A stretch of 64,000 bases of DNA from Camelus dromedarius (Eukaryota). A program made the translations under genes and the position numbers. The notes under the pieces were generated by a model, which was given only the letters and a program-made list of their open reading frames with translations, did no database searches and was not told where the DNA came from. This document shows positions 26,470 through 40,475 of the stretch, in pieces. The DNA lies in NCBI RefSeq assembly GCF_036321535.1, contig NC_087436.1, positions 5,270,001-5,334,000 on the forward strand, in the 5' to 3' direction. Each line of letters opens with the position of its first letter. Position 1 is the first letter of the stretch.

Positions 26470-26990
26470 TGGAAGGCAGACTCTAAGTGACCCTGATGTC
26501 CCTCACGTGTGTATGACCCCTGCCCAGAGAGGGCAGGAGCTGTGAGGATGGGCTGTAACTCCCCTGATCAGGTGTGTTAACTCTGACTTAATCAAAAGCT
26601 AGACTGCAGGGTGGGCCTCGCCTAACAGGTGAGCCCATAATGTAAGTTGGGTTCCTCCTAAACTCACAAATTCACAGTGGGAGAGAGACTCAACAGGAGG
26701 GAAAGGCTGTGTTTTTTTGGCCTTGAAAAGAGAAGCAGCCAGGTGCCGAAGGTGTGGGAGCTGAGTGCTAGCAGGAAGGCGGGGACTCCATCCCGAGGCC
26801 ACAAGAGACATCCGTGACTTGGAAGCAGACTCTTCAGCAGCCTCCAGAAAGGACTCAAGGCTAGATGGCACCATGGTTTCAGTCTTGTAGATACTGAGCA
26901 GAAGCCCAGTGGCCCAGGCCAGTGCCTGGACTCCTGAGCCCCAGAGCTGCGAGCAAGCAAGGCGTGTTTGATGCTGCTGGTTAGTGGTCC
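26470..26990 (+). mobile_element. MaLR (MLT1-like) LTR
   Basis: GGCAGACTCTAAG...GGAAGCAGACTCTTC...GATACTGAGCAGAAGCCCAG...TGGACTCCTGAGCCCCAGAGCTG. Confidence 0.7.
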
Positions 26991-27253
26991 TTTCTTAAAT
27001 AACAGGAGAGGACTGGCACATCTTACACTATGCACAAAGCTATTTGGACTGCTTGCCCCCAGTCTTCAACAGCAGTTACGGTGATGGTAATGGTGATGAC
27101 ATTTCACTTAGTATTTATGTGACTCAAAATACCTATTTCATAGGGATAGAATCCAATTTAAGAACACTGCTCTAAGAAACTCTGAATTGAAAACACAATG
27201 TCAAGGGTCATTCATTAGTTAGAATACGATTAGGGTTAAAGAATATCTGTTTT

Positions 27254-27512
27254 GATATACATTACTACATATAAAATAGAAAAACAACAAGGACCTCCTG
27301 TACGGCACAGGGAATTACATTCAATTTCTTGTAATGAGCTGTAATGGAAAAGAAACTGAAAATGTACACATGTATGTCTATGTATAACTGAATCACTTTG
27401 CTGTACACCTGAAACTAACACTGTAAATCAACTACACTTCAATTTTAAAAAAGCATAAAAAATAAAATAAAATAAAATAAAATAAAATAAAATAAAATAA
27501 AATAAAATAAAA
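27254..27512 (+). mobile_element. Young L1 3' UTR with (AAAAT)n tail
   Basis: L1 3' consensus; TSD AATATCTGTTTT on both sides. Confidence 0.9.
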
Positions 27513-30500
27513 ATATCTGTTTTATTGTTAAAACGCCCAACATGATTTTAACAAGTTGTAGTTATAATTCTTAAAGCAAATTTTTTGTTCTCTTAAATGG
27601 CTGTTTCAACAATGAGTCTGGTAGGTGTTATTTTACATTGTGAAACTTTTAATTAGGAAGACAAGATAAAGACAAACATAATTTCCTTTAAATATGTTCA
27701 GTGCATATTATGCGGAGTATCATCATAGTGGTAAATACGCTTTAAGCACCATGGAATTTTTAAATTAAATAGTTTAATTTCAGATGCGCTCCTCCCAGTG
27801 CCTAATCTTGTCCCCAACAATAAGTAACCTGAGCAGAAGCAGGCTCCCTCTTATTGGGTACTATTGTTCAATACAGCCATAGGCAATACTGCCAAATATG
27901 AGATGATCAATATTTCTCCTATGCACATCATTTATCACCATGACCTATCTCCTAAGAACACAGTGAAATGAATTCTCCTCTATACTGACAAATTTTTTTA
28001 AGAAAACAATGATAATTTACTCCTAAAACTAAATTAATATATTGTCAGTTTTCAAAGAATTCTTTTAAAAATGAGACATTTCCCCACTCTGTAAATAGTA
28101 ATACAATAATCTACATATTTCAGAGGAGTTTTAAAGCACTAGTTTATATCAAGAGTCCTTCTCATTTTGGCAACTAGCATTTTTAAATGAATTATTTTTT
28201 TTCAGTCAGATCTATTAAAATTTACTATTTGCCCCATTCGGTCTCAAAAAGAAAAAAAAAGAGTGCCTTATATCATTCAAGGCCCTCTTTACAAATACAG
28301 CAGTGTTTATTCTCTCATATGGAGTCTAGAACACTACATTGCCACTGAAAGACCTGAAGTCTATTTTTATAACTCCAGTCAAAAACACTCATGGCTAAAA
28401 TGTATATACTTAAATTGAGTTTGCATCTTTTTTTCCTTTATAGTTCACAATTCCATTAAACTATAATTGAACATAATTTAAAGACTGAAAAGCTAGGCCT
28501 TAATTGTGGTAAAAGAATTGTAAATGTCCTTTTAAGTTAAATTGCTGCTCCCTCAGATCATCTCAGAATACAGTGAGGTTTGCACCGAATACATATGATT
28601 TGCACACGACTGTCAACATTTTATGTAAATCTCAAACAACCAGGCCTTTAATCAAAAAAAAGAAGAAGAAGAAACAACAAACACTAGACTAGGTTCTACC
28701 AAGTTAAGACTCTGCATTTATAGTTTGGTTGTTTAAAAAAATCATCTTTTCAAACATACAGCTTTACTGGGGTTTTAGGAATGAGGCAAGTATAGTTTTT
28801 GTGACTACTTTATGGAACGTTTGCTTTTCCTGTGTCCAATGGACAGCACGCTCAGAGAAAGTGCCAATGCAATAAACCAAGTGCTTGTAGCCAAATCATT
28901 ATCTACGACACGCTCCTTGCAAATGTCCCCTAAATGGGACTAAGTCTTGTTTTATCTAGATAATCAGATTAGCCATGAAAAATGAAAATGCACATAAACA
29001 CTAAATTTTTAAAAATTAACATTATACACCATATCATTATTATCCTGCTCAACCCTCCTTAAGGCAAAAGCATTGAAAACTAACGTGAAACAAAAACAGA
29101 AAAGGAAAGCATGTGAGATTAATAATGTAAATACTGCAAAACTGTCACCTGTGCACAGACACACACAATTCGGAACAAAGAGACATCACATATCTGTACG
29201 TAGTCAGTAAGCGTATCATTAAAATCAGAGCGATTTCGCGATATTTGCCCTGCATTTCATACTGTCGGTCCCTTTCAGGTGCCTTTATTATGAATGAGAG
29301 AGGGCAGGGATAAGAGAATCATAAAAAGCAATAAAAATGTAATGATTGAAGAAGTTGTATTATTTAAAAAGATAACATCAAAAAAGAATTTTCTGGGCAA
29401 GGTAGAATTTGCTCTGCTCACCACTTTTTTTTTTTTTTTGTCTGTGATAGTATTTCTTTATCTTAATCTTGCTAGTTTTTATATGGCTATTTCTATTTTC
29501 AATCTCATTAACTGTCCATTAACAATTTCACTTTTAACAAAAGTTGATTAAACTCATATGACATATATATACATACACACACATATATACATTTGCATAC
29601 CTATATATGTATATATGGCTAGTTGCTCTGGCTCCATAAATTGGCACCTTTTTGCCTAGAAAATCCAGAGTAATCTCACCTAATCTTTTTCTGATTTTGT
29701 AGAGAAAAGGCATACTTGAATTCCACATGCGAACAAGTCACTCTATATACATTCCAAACTGTATACAAGTACCCCATTTTCGTGCTTAATATTCTAAATT
29801 CTGACGACTAATATAAAAGTACAATAATATGCTAGACAGAAAACTCAGACTCTAGTTTTGGTTTCATCATTGGCTCAATCTACCATTTCCCATACCTTTA
29901 AAACAATGGCAAATTAAAACAAAGACAATCAAAAAAGTTAGTAATGTCTACCGCACACCTTTTACAAATTACAAGAATAAATGTTCGCTGAGGAAAAATA
30001 AAAGAAGAGATTGCCAGATTAAGTAAGCCATAAAAAACAAATATAACAGTTTAAAATATGCCCAACTGAGGATCTTGAATCTATTCCAGAACGTTGTTAA
30101 TCATTTTACTCCTCAAGGGGGCGAGCAGTCAGAAATCATACATTGAGAACCTATTAAGGTTCATTCTCTGTACGGAGGGCTTGGGACACCAGAAACAACA
30201 ATGCCTTGTCCTCTTAATGGGACAGCTTCTGGGACTCTGATTTAGGATCATTTCTAGACTACGTATACTAGTAAGCATATTCAATTATCAAAACCGACGT
30301 CAGAAGAGCCCTTTTTGGGGATGTAATCCTTCATCCTCATTGTGCACATTCTAATCATCACGTATGAGCTGACCTCTCTCTCTTTCCCACCGCACTCTGA
30401 CCTTCTAGTGAGGCAGAAAAACTTCTGGGGAAGACGGATTTTCATGTCCACACCTGTACCTCGCTTTGTACCTGGCACCTGGCACCTGGCACTGCCTAGT

Positions 30501-31367
30501 ATACACTGGTGCTGTAAAGAAACTTGCTATAGTAGAACATGGCAAAAAAAAAAAACCGTTTCACATATGATTTCAACATTCCATCTTTCATTCCTAAGCT
30601 TCCTCAGACTGTACTTATAAGAATAAGCAGCTTTTACAATGCATATTCTTCTCCAGCTAAAATCCCTTAATTCAAATTGATATTTTACTCAAAGGCCATG
30701 CAACCTATGATTATAAGAGATGAACTTTGAGTAAAATTTGTGTATGTTCATCTACATATGTATACATATATTTTTTAGCTGAAGGTGACAGGTTTCAGAT
30801 TACTCATTACTGAGATTTGCCATTTTCTAAACATGGTAACTTATTTTTAAATAAAACATGTTCTATAATTTTACCAGACTGAGAATGCCACAATTATTGT
30901 CATTATTTTAACTCTGAAATATGAATCAGTGCTGATAAAACCTGTGATTTTAGGCAAGACACTTGATATCAGGGTTTTTTTTTTTTTGAAATAAATTAAA
31001 GATAACCAGAGGCTGTTTTAAAGTTCAAATGAAGTGGTATTTGTATAAATTAACTACCTTGATAATTACAAATCAGTATTACATGAAGGAGACACTTTGG
31101 TCATCATATTCTGTCTAGTTCAAATACAGTGAGGAAGAAAAGTGATTATCAGGTACCAAGTTTTTCTGATAGGAGATTGCTAGGGAAGATAATCAGAATT
31201 GTTCAATACGAATACGGAATCCAACTTTCACAAGGATCAAACTGATTAAGCAAGAAGCTGTCATTTTTTGGCAGATATGGCCAATTTCTGATTCCCTCCT
31301 ACATGCTGACTGAAGGAGGGGAAAAGGATAACTTTGAAGAAATGTTGTCATTTCCTTAGCCTGACAC

Positions 31368-31882
31368 TGTAACAGAAAAGAACAAATCTGACTCCTTATT
31401 AGCTCTGTTCCTTTGGCTCTAACCCTGTGCTCTGTTTCCTGTGCTCAGTCATGTTGGCTCTGCACCTTTTGTAAAAGAATGTTGCTTTAGCCTGAAATAT
31501 ACAGAAGAGCTTATTCTCAAGGCTCTGACCTTTAAGGATATTAACACTTTTGCACTTATATAAGATAACAAGTTGCAGAACAGAAAATGATGTTTGTTTT
31601 GTTAGAGGTTTTACAGGGGCACCATGCCCTGACATACATGGACAGCTGCAAGAATGAAGGATTCCAAAAAGTTTGTACAACCAACCACAGCCCCCCCACC
31701 CCCTTTAGTATAAAAGAAGCCTGAATTCTGACTTGGGGAAGATGGTTCTCCAGAACATTAGTCCCCTATCTTCTCGGTCTGCCAGCTTTCTGAATAAAGT
31801 CACTATTCCTTGACCCAACGCCTTGTCTCCTGATTTACTGGCCTGTCATGCAGTGAGCAGAATGAGTTTGGACTTGGTAACA
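31368..31882 (+). mobile_element. Solo LTR, ERV1-like (copy 1)
   Basis: TGTAACA...GGTAACA termini, perfect 4-bp TSD ACAC, TATAAAA at 31709, AATAAA at 31793; homologous to copies 2 and 3. Confidence 0.92.
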
Positions 31883-34800
31883 ACACTATCTTTTTTAAAA
31901 AGGTTTGAATTCTTCTGTGTCTAATAAGAAGTAAAAGAATTCAGCCATTGGCCTCCTATCTAACTATGAGCAACAGCAGGAAATGAGGCCCTGTGTTCAG
32001 GGCGTTCACAGCAGACCTTTCACGTGCAGAGAGTCTTCACAGTGAGCACCCTCCCAGCTCCCCTCACCCCCTGTGAAGCACACCCACTTTGACAAAATCC
32101 AGAGATACATCTGGAAAGTCAACACGAGTCCATCCCCCTCACTCTATGGGTGGCTCTAATGGGCCAGTCAGAGTGAATCCAATGATTCTTTTTTTTTTTT
32201 TTTTTTTCTCAATGGGGATTGGACCATTTTGGGTGCAGACATGAGCTTTAGAACTGCCGTATCCAATAAGCAGTCCTGTTGAATCCGGTCTGATGGAAGA
32301 GTCAGTGCCCAGAGGTAGACAGATACACAGCAGAAGAGCCCCTGGGAGCCAGATTCCAGCCCAAACCACACAACAAACTCAGCCCACCTCTGCGCCTCAC
32401 TTTTACTATTGAAGCCAATGAGAGTTAAGATTTTTATAAATGCAACCAAAATCACTGCATAGTGAACATGTTTAGGTTTTCCAGGAGTGGCCGTGGTTCC
32501 GGCCTGTTATCCTGGTGTGATTATCACTGGTGTTCCCTGTCTGTGCACTTAAATACCTTAACTTCGAGTCATAAAGGACACATCAAGGAAGATCTACAAA
32601 ATTCTTCTGGTGTTGAGGCGTGAGACAGAGAAAAAGTAACGATTTGACTGTATGGTGTTTGAGCCTTAAGGTAATGGTAAAAATCACCTATTTTGGTTGT
32701 ATACAATAGGATATAATGTTTTAAAATTACGAAAGCTCAATTATGAGAGGCAAATAGCAATAATCTTTGTACCTATCACCCTGCAGGATGAAAAGCCAAG
32801 TATATATACACAGAATCTCCTTAAAGCTTTTGATTGATTCATACCAATTAGTAATGAATATAATTGCCTACCACACATTAGATGCACCACTACAGGGAAG
32901 CATGTCTGGGCAATGCTATTATTTTTCATTCTGCGTTAAGTTGTGTTACTTCAGATACCACAAGGAGGCCAAAACCAGAATGAACAGAGATAAATAAATT
33001 TGGATTAATTCGCTTTACAAAAGAAACATTCACTTTAAAAGTTCAATAGTGATTTCATTTTTCAATACTGAATCAACTGTCTTGTTGAATTAAAACTATT
33101 ATTTAGTGTAGAAAGTTTACATTAAAAGTTAGGAGCTCTGAAATGTTTTAAGCAGCGAAATGCATTTACATGAGATATTATGACAAAAACTGGCTAACGT
33201 GACGAAGCACAAAATCATATTGTATAGCCTATAAACAAACATGCTTATTTAAGAAAAAGATGTATGCAATAGAGAACCTCATCTGTTTGGAGACCCAGCG
33301 TCTGTCAATTTTCTATCTGTACTGGACATATAATTTATAACATTCAGATGGAGTTTACCAGCAATTTCATCAAGAGTAATAATCATGAAAAGGTAATCAA
33401 ATACAAACTTCCTCTGTCAAAAAAGGCAAATAAGGCCATTCGTTCATGAGCTCAGGGAATATTTAAAATATTTAAAATTCTCTTTTAGGGTAAGGTCTGC
33501 ATTAGGCTAAGGAAATGATTCCTAAGAAACGATCAAATAGGAATGCATTTATTTCCATCTTATTATATTTAGCAGTCATTAACACTGAAAAGTCAGATTC
33601 TCTACTTATATTTAGGATTTTATGTTCCAAGGTGAATGCATATAACTTATATATAATGAGCCTACGAATTTCTTGTGAGTAACATCCAAAGGCAGGCAAA
33701 ATAATAAATTTGGTCACTTCTATACAGATCATGTCCTCCCATCTGATGTTCGGAATGCTGTCAATTACTGATAAAGGGTTTGTAGTTCCATAAGCAATAT
33801 TTGAGATTTATCAGTTATATGTGTAGCAAGATATTTGGTTTCTGGAGTAATTCCACACCAAGAGAGCAGGAATAAATGCAGCACACTTACACTGGACAGG
33901 ACTGCCTTTCACAGGCTAAGTTCAAACCAACTTAACACTCATGAATATCCACACCATTCTGCCTGCATGCAAACGTCACCTCCCCACCCCACACTCCACG
34001 TTCAACAACCCTCGTCAATCTTAAAGAGAAGTTAAAATGCGATTAAAATATAAACGTGAGGCTTTTCAAAGACATGAGAGTCATAAATTAGTAACAAAAC
34101 ACATAATTTTGGTGGGAAAATAGATCAGTTAAATTATATTTCTCAAAGCAAACACAGTTTTCATCATGATCCTGAGAATACCTAAGCATGCCAAGCTATC
34201 TCCTGTCAGCTTCCTTTATTTTATCATCCCGTGGGTCTATTATTAAAAAATAAATAAACATACACATGAAGATATTGTGTAACTGTCTTGAATATAACCA
34301 TTAGCAGAATTCTTCAGCCACAGCTAGTCTTAGGATGGTAGTTTAAGAAACAAACCAAAGATCCAGAAGTAAGTGGTCTAAAAAGAGGAGCTGAAACAGA
34401 GGACAGGACAGATTCCAGAAGATAAGTCTTTGAATTTTTAGTAAAAATTCAAAATAGGGACTGGACTGGACTTGACCAAGTCCACCAGAAAGAAGTTCCA
34501 TTTGTGAGGAGACATGATTCTCTAACACCTCATTAGCACTAGTTCCTTCAACATTATCCAAAAATATCTACTCCCCTCTCTTCTGACCCCCAGGAAGACT
34601 TTGAGGACACATCTGGCAGATGGGACGTTGTCAGATGCCACAAGATTTAAGAATCCTTCTTTATGGTATTTGCACTGTCAATGTGAGTTTAATCCCCCGG
34701 CCAGCAAAGGGACCTGCTGCATCCGTGGCCTCCCATCACGAGAACACACCTGTCTGAACAGAGTATTTCCTTGAAAACTCATGGCCGTACAGTCCAAGTT

Positions 34801-35814
34801 TGAAGTTGGAGACTCTCCACCCATGTTCCCTGTAAGTGCATCCATTCCTGTCCTGAAAAAAATGGAACATTGTCCAAAGTATGGAGCAAAGATGCAGAAA
34901 TGCAAGCCCAGGGGGCAAGGACAAGCCGAGAAAACTCACAGAGGAGGAAGTACCAATTATATTTAATTCAATTACAGCAAGTGTAGTAATACTAATAACG
35001 TGGCGGTTATATTCTCAAGCTGAGATAACGGGTTTTTAAGAAAGCTATGCCTAACAGAAGCCCTAAGAACAACTAACCATTTAAACGACACGATTTAAAT
35101 TTCCAGAGATCTATTCCAGCACCACCACACACACCATCAAAATACTTATTTTATAACAACTAGTGGTCAGGCTTTAAAATCTGATCGCCCTGTGGTAATC
35201 CTGTGAAAAGTCAACCCAAACAAAGGATCCATGATGGGCAAGCAAAACACCAAACCAAACCAACAAACGAAACTCACAAAACCTGATATAAATATGTAGT
35301 AAGCCTTTTACTCAGTAATTAACAAGGTCCTTTTATTCAGTATTTTCCTCCAAAGAAAATAAATAGATGTGAAAGAGGGGGAAAAAAGTCTAAAAACACC
35401 AGAATAATCAATTACACTTTGCAAAACATACTTCTAGCCCCTCGCTACTCCGTAACAGTCCAAATAATATGCCAGATCTTTGACTTATCAGACAATACAG
35501 AAATGAGACCAGAGGCGTTTCAGCAAGCACACTGCAGTCTGAAGACCATGAGGAATATGACAACAGTACTGGAACACTGGCAAGCTAGGCGGAGACTTAG
35601 AAGCACAAGGACAGAAAAGAGTCCCACTAAGAAAGGAGGGTATTCAAGCCTACACTTGTTCCTGTTGAAGAATCAGCAAAGAGTGTCAGTCCACCTAAAA
35701 CGTTCTCTTCTTTGCTAGGGTTCACTGGACAAACCTTAATCATGTGAGATTATCTTAGAGTGTGGGAGAACAGGCTAAAAATGTAGAGTAAATAAAAACA
35801 CATGTTTCGCTTAC

Positions 35815-35875
35815 CTTTTAAATTTTCTTTCTCCTCTTTTCTATGCCAGTCCAGATGCTTGAGAATAGTTCCTCC
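35815..35875 (-). other. PDGFC: Candidate 61-nt alternative (stop-containing) cassette exon of PDGFC
   Basis: Acceptor TTTTACTATCTCTGTCTACTGGCAG|G, purine/GAA-rich body, donor AAG|GTAAGC. Read in phase 1 it gives GRNYSQASGLA-stop. Confidence 0.6.
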
Positions 35876-36674
35876 CTGCCAGTAGACAGAGATAGTAAAA
35901 TTGAGTCTTTTGGTGACCTCAAATCCCAATCTAGGTGGTTCAGAATCTTCAATGGCAGATTTTGGAAGTAAAAATAATTTGAATGATTGAAAAGACACAA
36001 AAAGCCTGTAATAATTCCTATCTGAGTCAGTCAAATGAACTTTTCTTTGTGGTCATTTGTACGAATCTATAAGGGAGAGGGTCTTGGCTGGCATAGAAAA
36101 AAAACATAAAAGAAAGAGCATTATTTGTAGGCTGTGTTCCCTTGATGCCTCATTCTTTCCAAATCTCGCTCATCTACTCAACTCACATTTATAGACGAGC
36201 CACTCAAAATTGCAGGTCACTGACCAGATGTTTCCTTATCCACTAGCTATTTACTATTTTTAACAACCCTGTGAGATAGTCATCATTATCCCCTAATATC
36301 TTGCTCCTGAATTATATTTTTAAAAGTTCCAAATGGTGAGCTGACTCTTGCTTGCCGAGTTTTTTCTGCAGTCCATACGCTGTTCGGTGAATGGCTTCTT
36401 AGATTGCGGCAGAATTAGTATCTTCTTCCTGGAAACTCGTTTGCTATTGGTAAAAACTGTTTTTGCTTGCTTTTGTTTCAAATTAACACAGGTCCTCTAG
36501 CAGCTTTTCAGGAAGAAGTGCAAAAAGCTAAGATGCAACCATTTGATAGAGATTAAATGGTACCATCTGAAATAAAACAGAGTCCCGGAGTAGCACTCCA
36601 TGGAAACTGCTTCCTTTGAGAAATTGCTCACTTAAGATCAAATTCCTAAGGATACTAACATTTGTGATTACTGG

Positions 36675-37198
36675 TGTAACAACAAAGAACAAATCTGACT
36701 CTGTATGAGATCTGTTCCTTTGGCTCTAACCCTGGGCTCTGTTTCCTGGGCTCAGTTATGCTGGTTCTGGTACCTTTTGTAAAAGGATGTTGCCTAGAGC
36801 CTGAAATAGACAGGAGAGCTCATTCTTGGGGCTCTGACCTTTAAGGGTGTAACATTTTTCCTTTCATATACAGATAACAAGTTGCAGAACAGAGAATAAC
36901 ATGTGTCTTATTGGAGGTTTATAGGGACATTATGACCTGATCTACAGGGACAGGTGAAAGAACAAAGGATTCTGACACCAAGAAGTTTGCAACAACCAAC
37001 CACACCCCCTCCCCTTTTAGTGTAAAAGTAGCCTGAATTCTGACTTGGGGAAGATGGTTCTCCAGGACATTCGTCCCCCATCTTCTAGGTCGGCCAGCTT
37101 TCTGAATAAAGTCATTATTCCTTGCCCCAACAAACACCTCATCTCCCGATTTACTGGCCTGTCGTGTGGCAAGCAGGACGAGTTTGGACTCAGTAACA
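36675..37198 (+). mobile_element. Solo LTR, ERV1-like (copy 2)
   Basis: TG...CA termini, TSD CTGG/CTAG, TATA mutated to TGTAAAA (37021), AATAAA retained. Confidence 0.92.
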
Positions 37199-38161
37199 CT
37201 AGCAATGACTTACAAAAAGAATAAAATTATTATCATTCTCCAAGCTCATAGAAGGATGTGTAAGTACCTCTTAAAGATGATAAGTAAATTGTAAGAGCCT
37301 GAATTCAAAATTGAATGGAATATTGATGAAATTTCGCAGTAATTGGTTCCATTTTTCTCACTTAGTTTAGGAAAGCCATTGAAATTTTAATACGATGGAT
37401 TCTATCCCTTTTCCTAATCACAAGTCAAGTCTAGGTTTCAATAATCCTTGTCGTCATGGTCTGTGCCTTGATTTCAACATACCATACTTTGGGAAAATAA
37501 AACTACCACACAAGAGTAACACCATTGTGTCCAAGGATGAGTGACTAAAATAAACCTACTCTCATTTCTACATTCACCTTAGTCATCCTGCCCAAATGAA
37601 TACACTAATATTTATATACCTCTTCATAGTTCTTACAGTGATTTTCAGATTACAAAACATTTTCTGACACAGGTTTTTCCCAGCTCTCACAACCACCTTC
37701 AAGACCAAATGCATTGTGCAAACTTCATTACTGTAAAAATAGGGTTGGTTGTCACAGTTAGATGACCCTATAACTTCCTGTCCAAACCAACACACATCTG
37801 AGAATGAAAGAGGGTGGTATTTTCAATTGTGTCAGGACAAAGACAAACCATGATGGTCCCCAGAAAACCTGGATGTAGGGTGACCCCAATGACCAATGAC
37901 AACGTTAACCTTCAGTCCAGGTCTTTTGAGTCTAAATCCTACTCTTTTCCTGAGACATCACATTACTCCATGAAATCTTTCAACCTAAACATCTGAGTGA
38001 TGAATTCTTCAGTGTCTGTTTCCCTGGTAGCTTCCTTACCCAACTCAGCACACCGAAGAGAACTTTTCCTTTGTTTTCATAAAACTTGGTAATACCTATT
38101 ACTTTCACAGTGCTTTACTTCAAGGTAGGTGCAAACAACAGCAGCAAAAATAACAATCCTA

Positions 38162-38645
38162 CACTGAGATTTACGTCAGAGAATGTTTTGCCTATGTTTT
38201 CTTCTAAGATGTTTACAGTGTCTTGTCTTACATTTAAGTCTTTAAGCCATTTTGAATTTATTTTTGTCTATACTGTGAGGGAGTAGTCTAACTTCATTGA
38301 TTTACATGCTGCTGTCTAGTTTTCCCAGCACCACTTGCTGAAGAGATTGCCTTTACTCCACTGTATGTTCTTGCCTCCTTTCGCGGGGTGGGGGAAGGGG
38401 CTGGGAAGGGATACATTGGGATTCGAGAATAAATTCAAAATTTGCAGATACTAACCACTATATATTAAATAGATGAACAAGTTCATACTGTACACCACAG
38501 AGAACTATGTTCAATATCTTTTAGTAACTTACAGTATCAAATGATATGAAAACAAACACATACATGTTCGTGTATGACGGAAGCACTGTGCTGTACACCA
38601 GAAATTGACACAACATGGTAAACTGACGATACTTCAATAAAAATA
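38162..38645 (+). mobile_element. L1 with 5' inversion (minus-strand ORF2 piece ~38162-38382, then plus-strand 3' UTR)
   Basis: Antisense ORF2 GTTTTCCCAGCACCACTTGCTGAAGAGA abuts a sense 3' UTR; flanks share AA(C/T)AATCCTA. Confidence 0.82.
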
Positions 38646-40029
38646 CAAAAGAATAATCCTAGTAACTTTTTTCTGTTTAACCACTTTTTAATGGGTTATT
38701 TGTGGGGTGTTTCTAATCCTACCAATGAAGTGGGAGACATTTTCACCAATTATTATTCATTTGGTGGATTCTGGCTTCATGCCACTGCTTGGCATAGGAG
38801 AGTTGCTGTTAATTGTACTTCTAACTGTAAATATTCTTCCAGAATTTGGTACTCTTTTACAAATGACAAATTCCACATTAATTTAGAGAAGATAAGAGCA
38901 TTTAAAAGATGCATTATCATTACGGTTAAAAAGTACAGAAAAATGAAGCTATACTAAAAGCAAAAACTGTTTATCTTTCACAGTGAACATAGTCTTACAT
39001 GCATATTCATTTATTTACTGGATTACGTAGTTTTTAAAGTATCTGTGTGATTTAATTACTAAACTCTTAAAGGATCCTGGACTTTGCTGAGGGAGTTGTT
39101 TTATTTTCATTGTTTTTTGACTAATGTAACCCCCAAAGCATAACAGAGCACCTCACCCACCATAGATAATTAATAAACAAATATTTGTCGACTGGCTGAA
39201 CGACGTAGGAGTAAAGCCCACATTTCACCTGCAGACACATTTATAAAGAAAATTTAGTGGGTAAAGAGAATGGCATGTGGATCGACTTCCAGCCCACCGC
39301 TGCTTTCTGAGGACAACTCGCCTAAAAGGAATTGATCCAAGTCCCTCACTATATTATAAGCAAAGACACCAGCACCCTCTTGCGATGCCATCAAATCTGT
39401 TTCTGTGGAACTGAGTTGTACTAAATTCATATTTGGAATGACTTCACCATCCCTTTGAGATCCCTAAAATAAAACTGCAGGCAACTGCAAGATTTCATCC
39501 AAAGAGCTGATCACATTCAGGGAAGAAGCTATTTTTCCCTTTCTGAAATCAAAAGTCAAGTACTTGTTTTAAAAAAAGAATCCCCATTCTCTTGGTCAGA
39601 CTTGAGAATCACACATATATCCATTTTAAACAAGGAGAATTTTGAGATTTTCGTCTCACAATTCCCTTTCTTACCACAATTCCAAGATCGAGACTTGTTT
39701 TAGTTAGCCCAGATCTTAATTTTTCTGTGCCAGAAGAGAGGTATGACAGGCAGTGTGCAGACCTGACTGTAAGTATTATGGTATGGTAGAAGGATCCAGT
39801 AGCACCATTATGGTGGAGAGCACGCTGTGGGACGGTCTGGGCAGAAGAATATAATAACGTAGGAAGCTCATGAGACAAAACAAACCTTGACATGATTTGC
39901 TCAAAATGCCTATAATTCTCTGTTCCTTTATAATAGCTCCAATTATAAAACCAGGCTTCAGAATTCCTCAAGTAGGTTAAACTTCTGAACCAAGTATAAC
40001 AAGAGCTACTTTTTTAAAAAACCTTGTAA

Positions 40030-40217
40030 ACCAATCACTTGAGAAAGTTCTGAGAATCTGATGAAAGGCAGGAGCGTTCAAGCCAGAAAATTATATCTCT
40101 CAATACAGACTCTCATAGTTTTCACACAATGGCATACAATTTCACAGGACTCACCCAGCCCCAAGAAAGTATCCAGGAACCCTTTTACCTATGAATAGTC
40201 AAGGTTAAGAACGCTCT
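40030..40217. mobile_element. hAT-Charlie-type MER remnant
   Basis: TGAGAATCTGATGAAAG...GCATACAATTTCACAGG...AGGTTAAGAAC terminal motif, by recalled similarity only. Confidence 0.45.
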
Positions 40218-40329
40218 ACTCAAAAATAACATGCCCGTCAGAAAGCCAAACAAACTCAGTACCTGTTTGGTAAGACAACATCAGTGTAAAAGAGTAACCA
40301 ATTTAGCAATTAGGGATGAAAAAAAAATC

Positions 40330-40465
40330 GGGGGGAGGGTAGAGCTCAGTGGTAGAGTGTGCACTTAGCATGCACGAGGTCCTGGGTTCAATCTCCAGTA
40401 CCTCCATTAAAAATGAATAAATAAACCTAATTACCACCCCCCAAAAAGGAAAAATCACAAAAATA
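40330..40465 (+). mobile_element. Vic-1-type SINE
   Basis: GGGGAGGGTAGAGCTCAGTGGTAGAG...GGTTCAATCTCCAGTACCTCC, A-rich tail. Confidence 0.9.
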
Positions 40466-40475
40466 TAACAGTGCT

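Noticed and set aside
30471..30491. (CCTGGCA)x3 repeat with E-boxes
   Set aside because: Local slippage within an L2 3' end; too short to support a function.
40330..40405. tRNA genes (also at 50528, 62638 and others)
   Set aside because: These are tRNA-derived SINE heads followed by the shared SINE tail and often TSDs.
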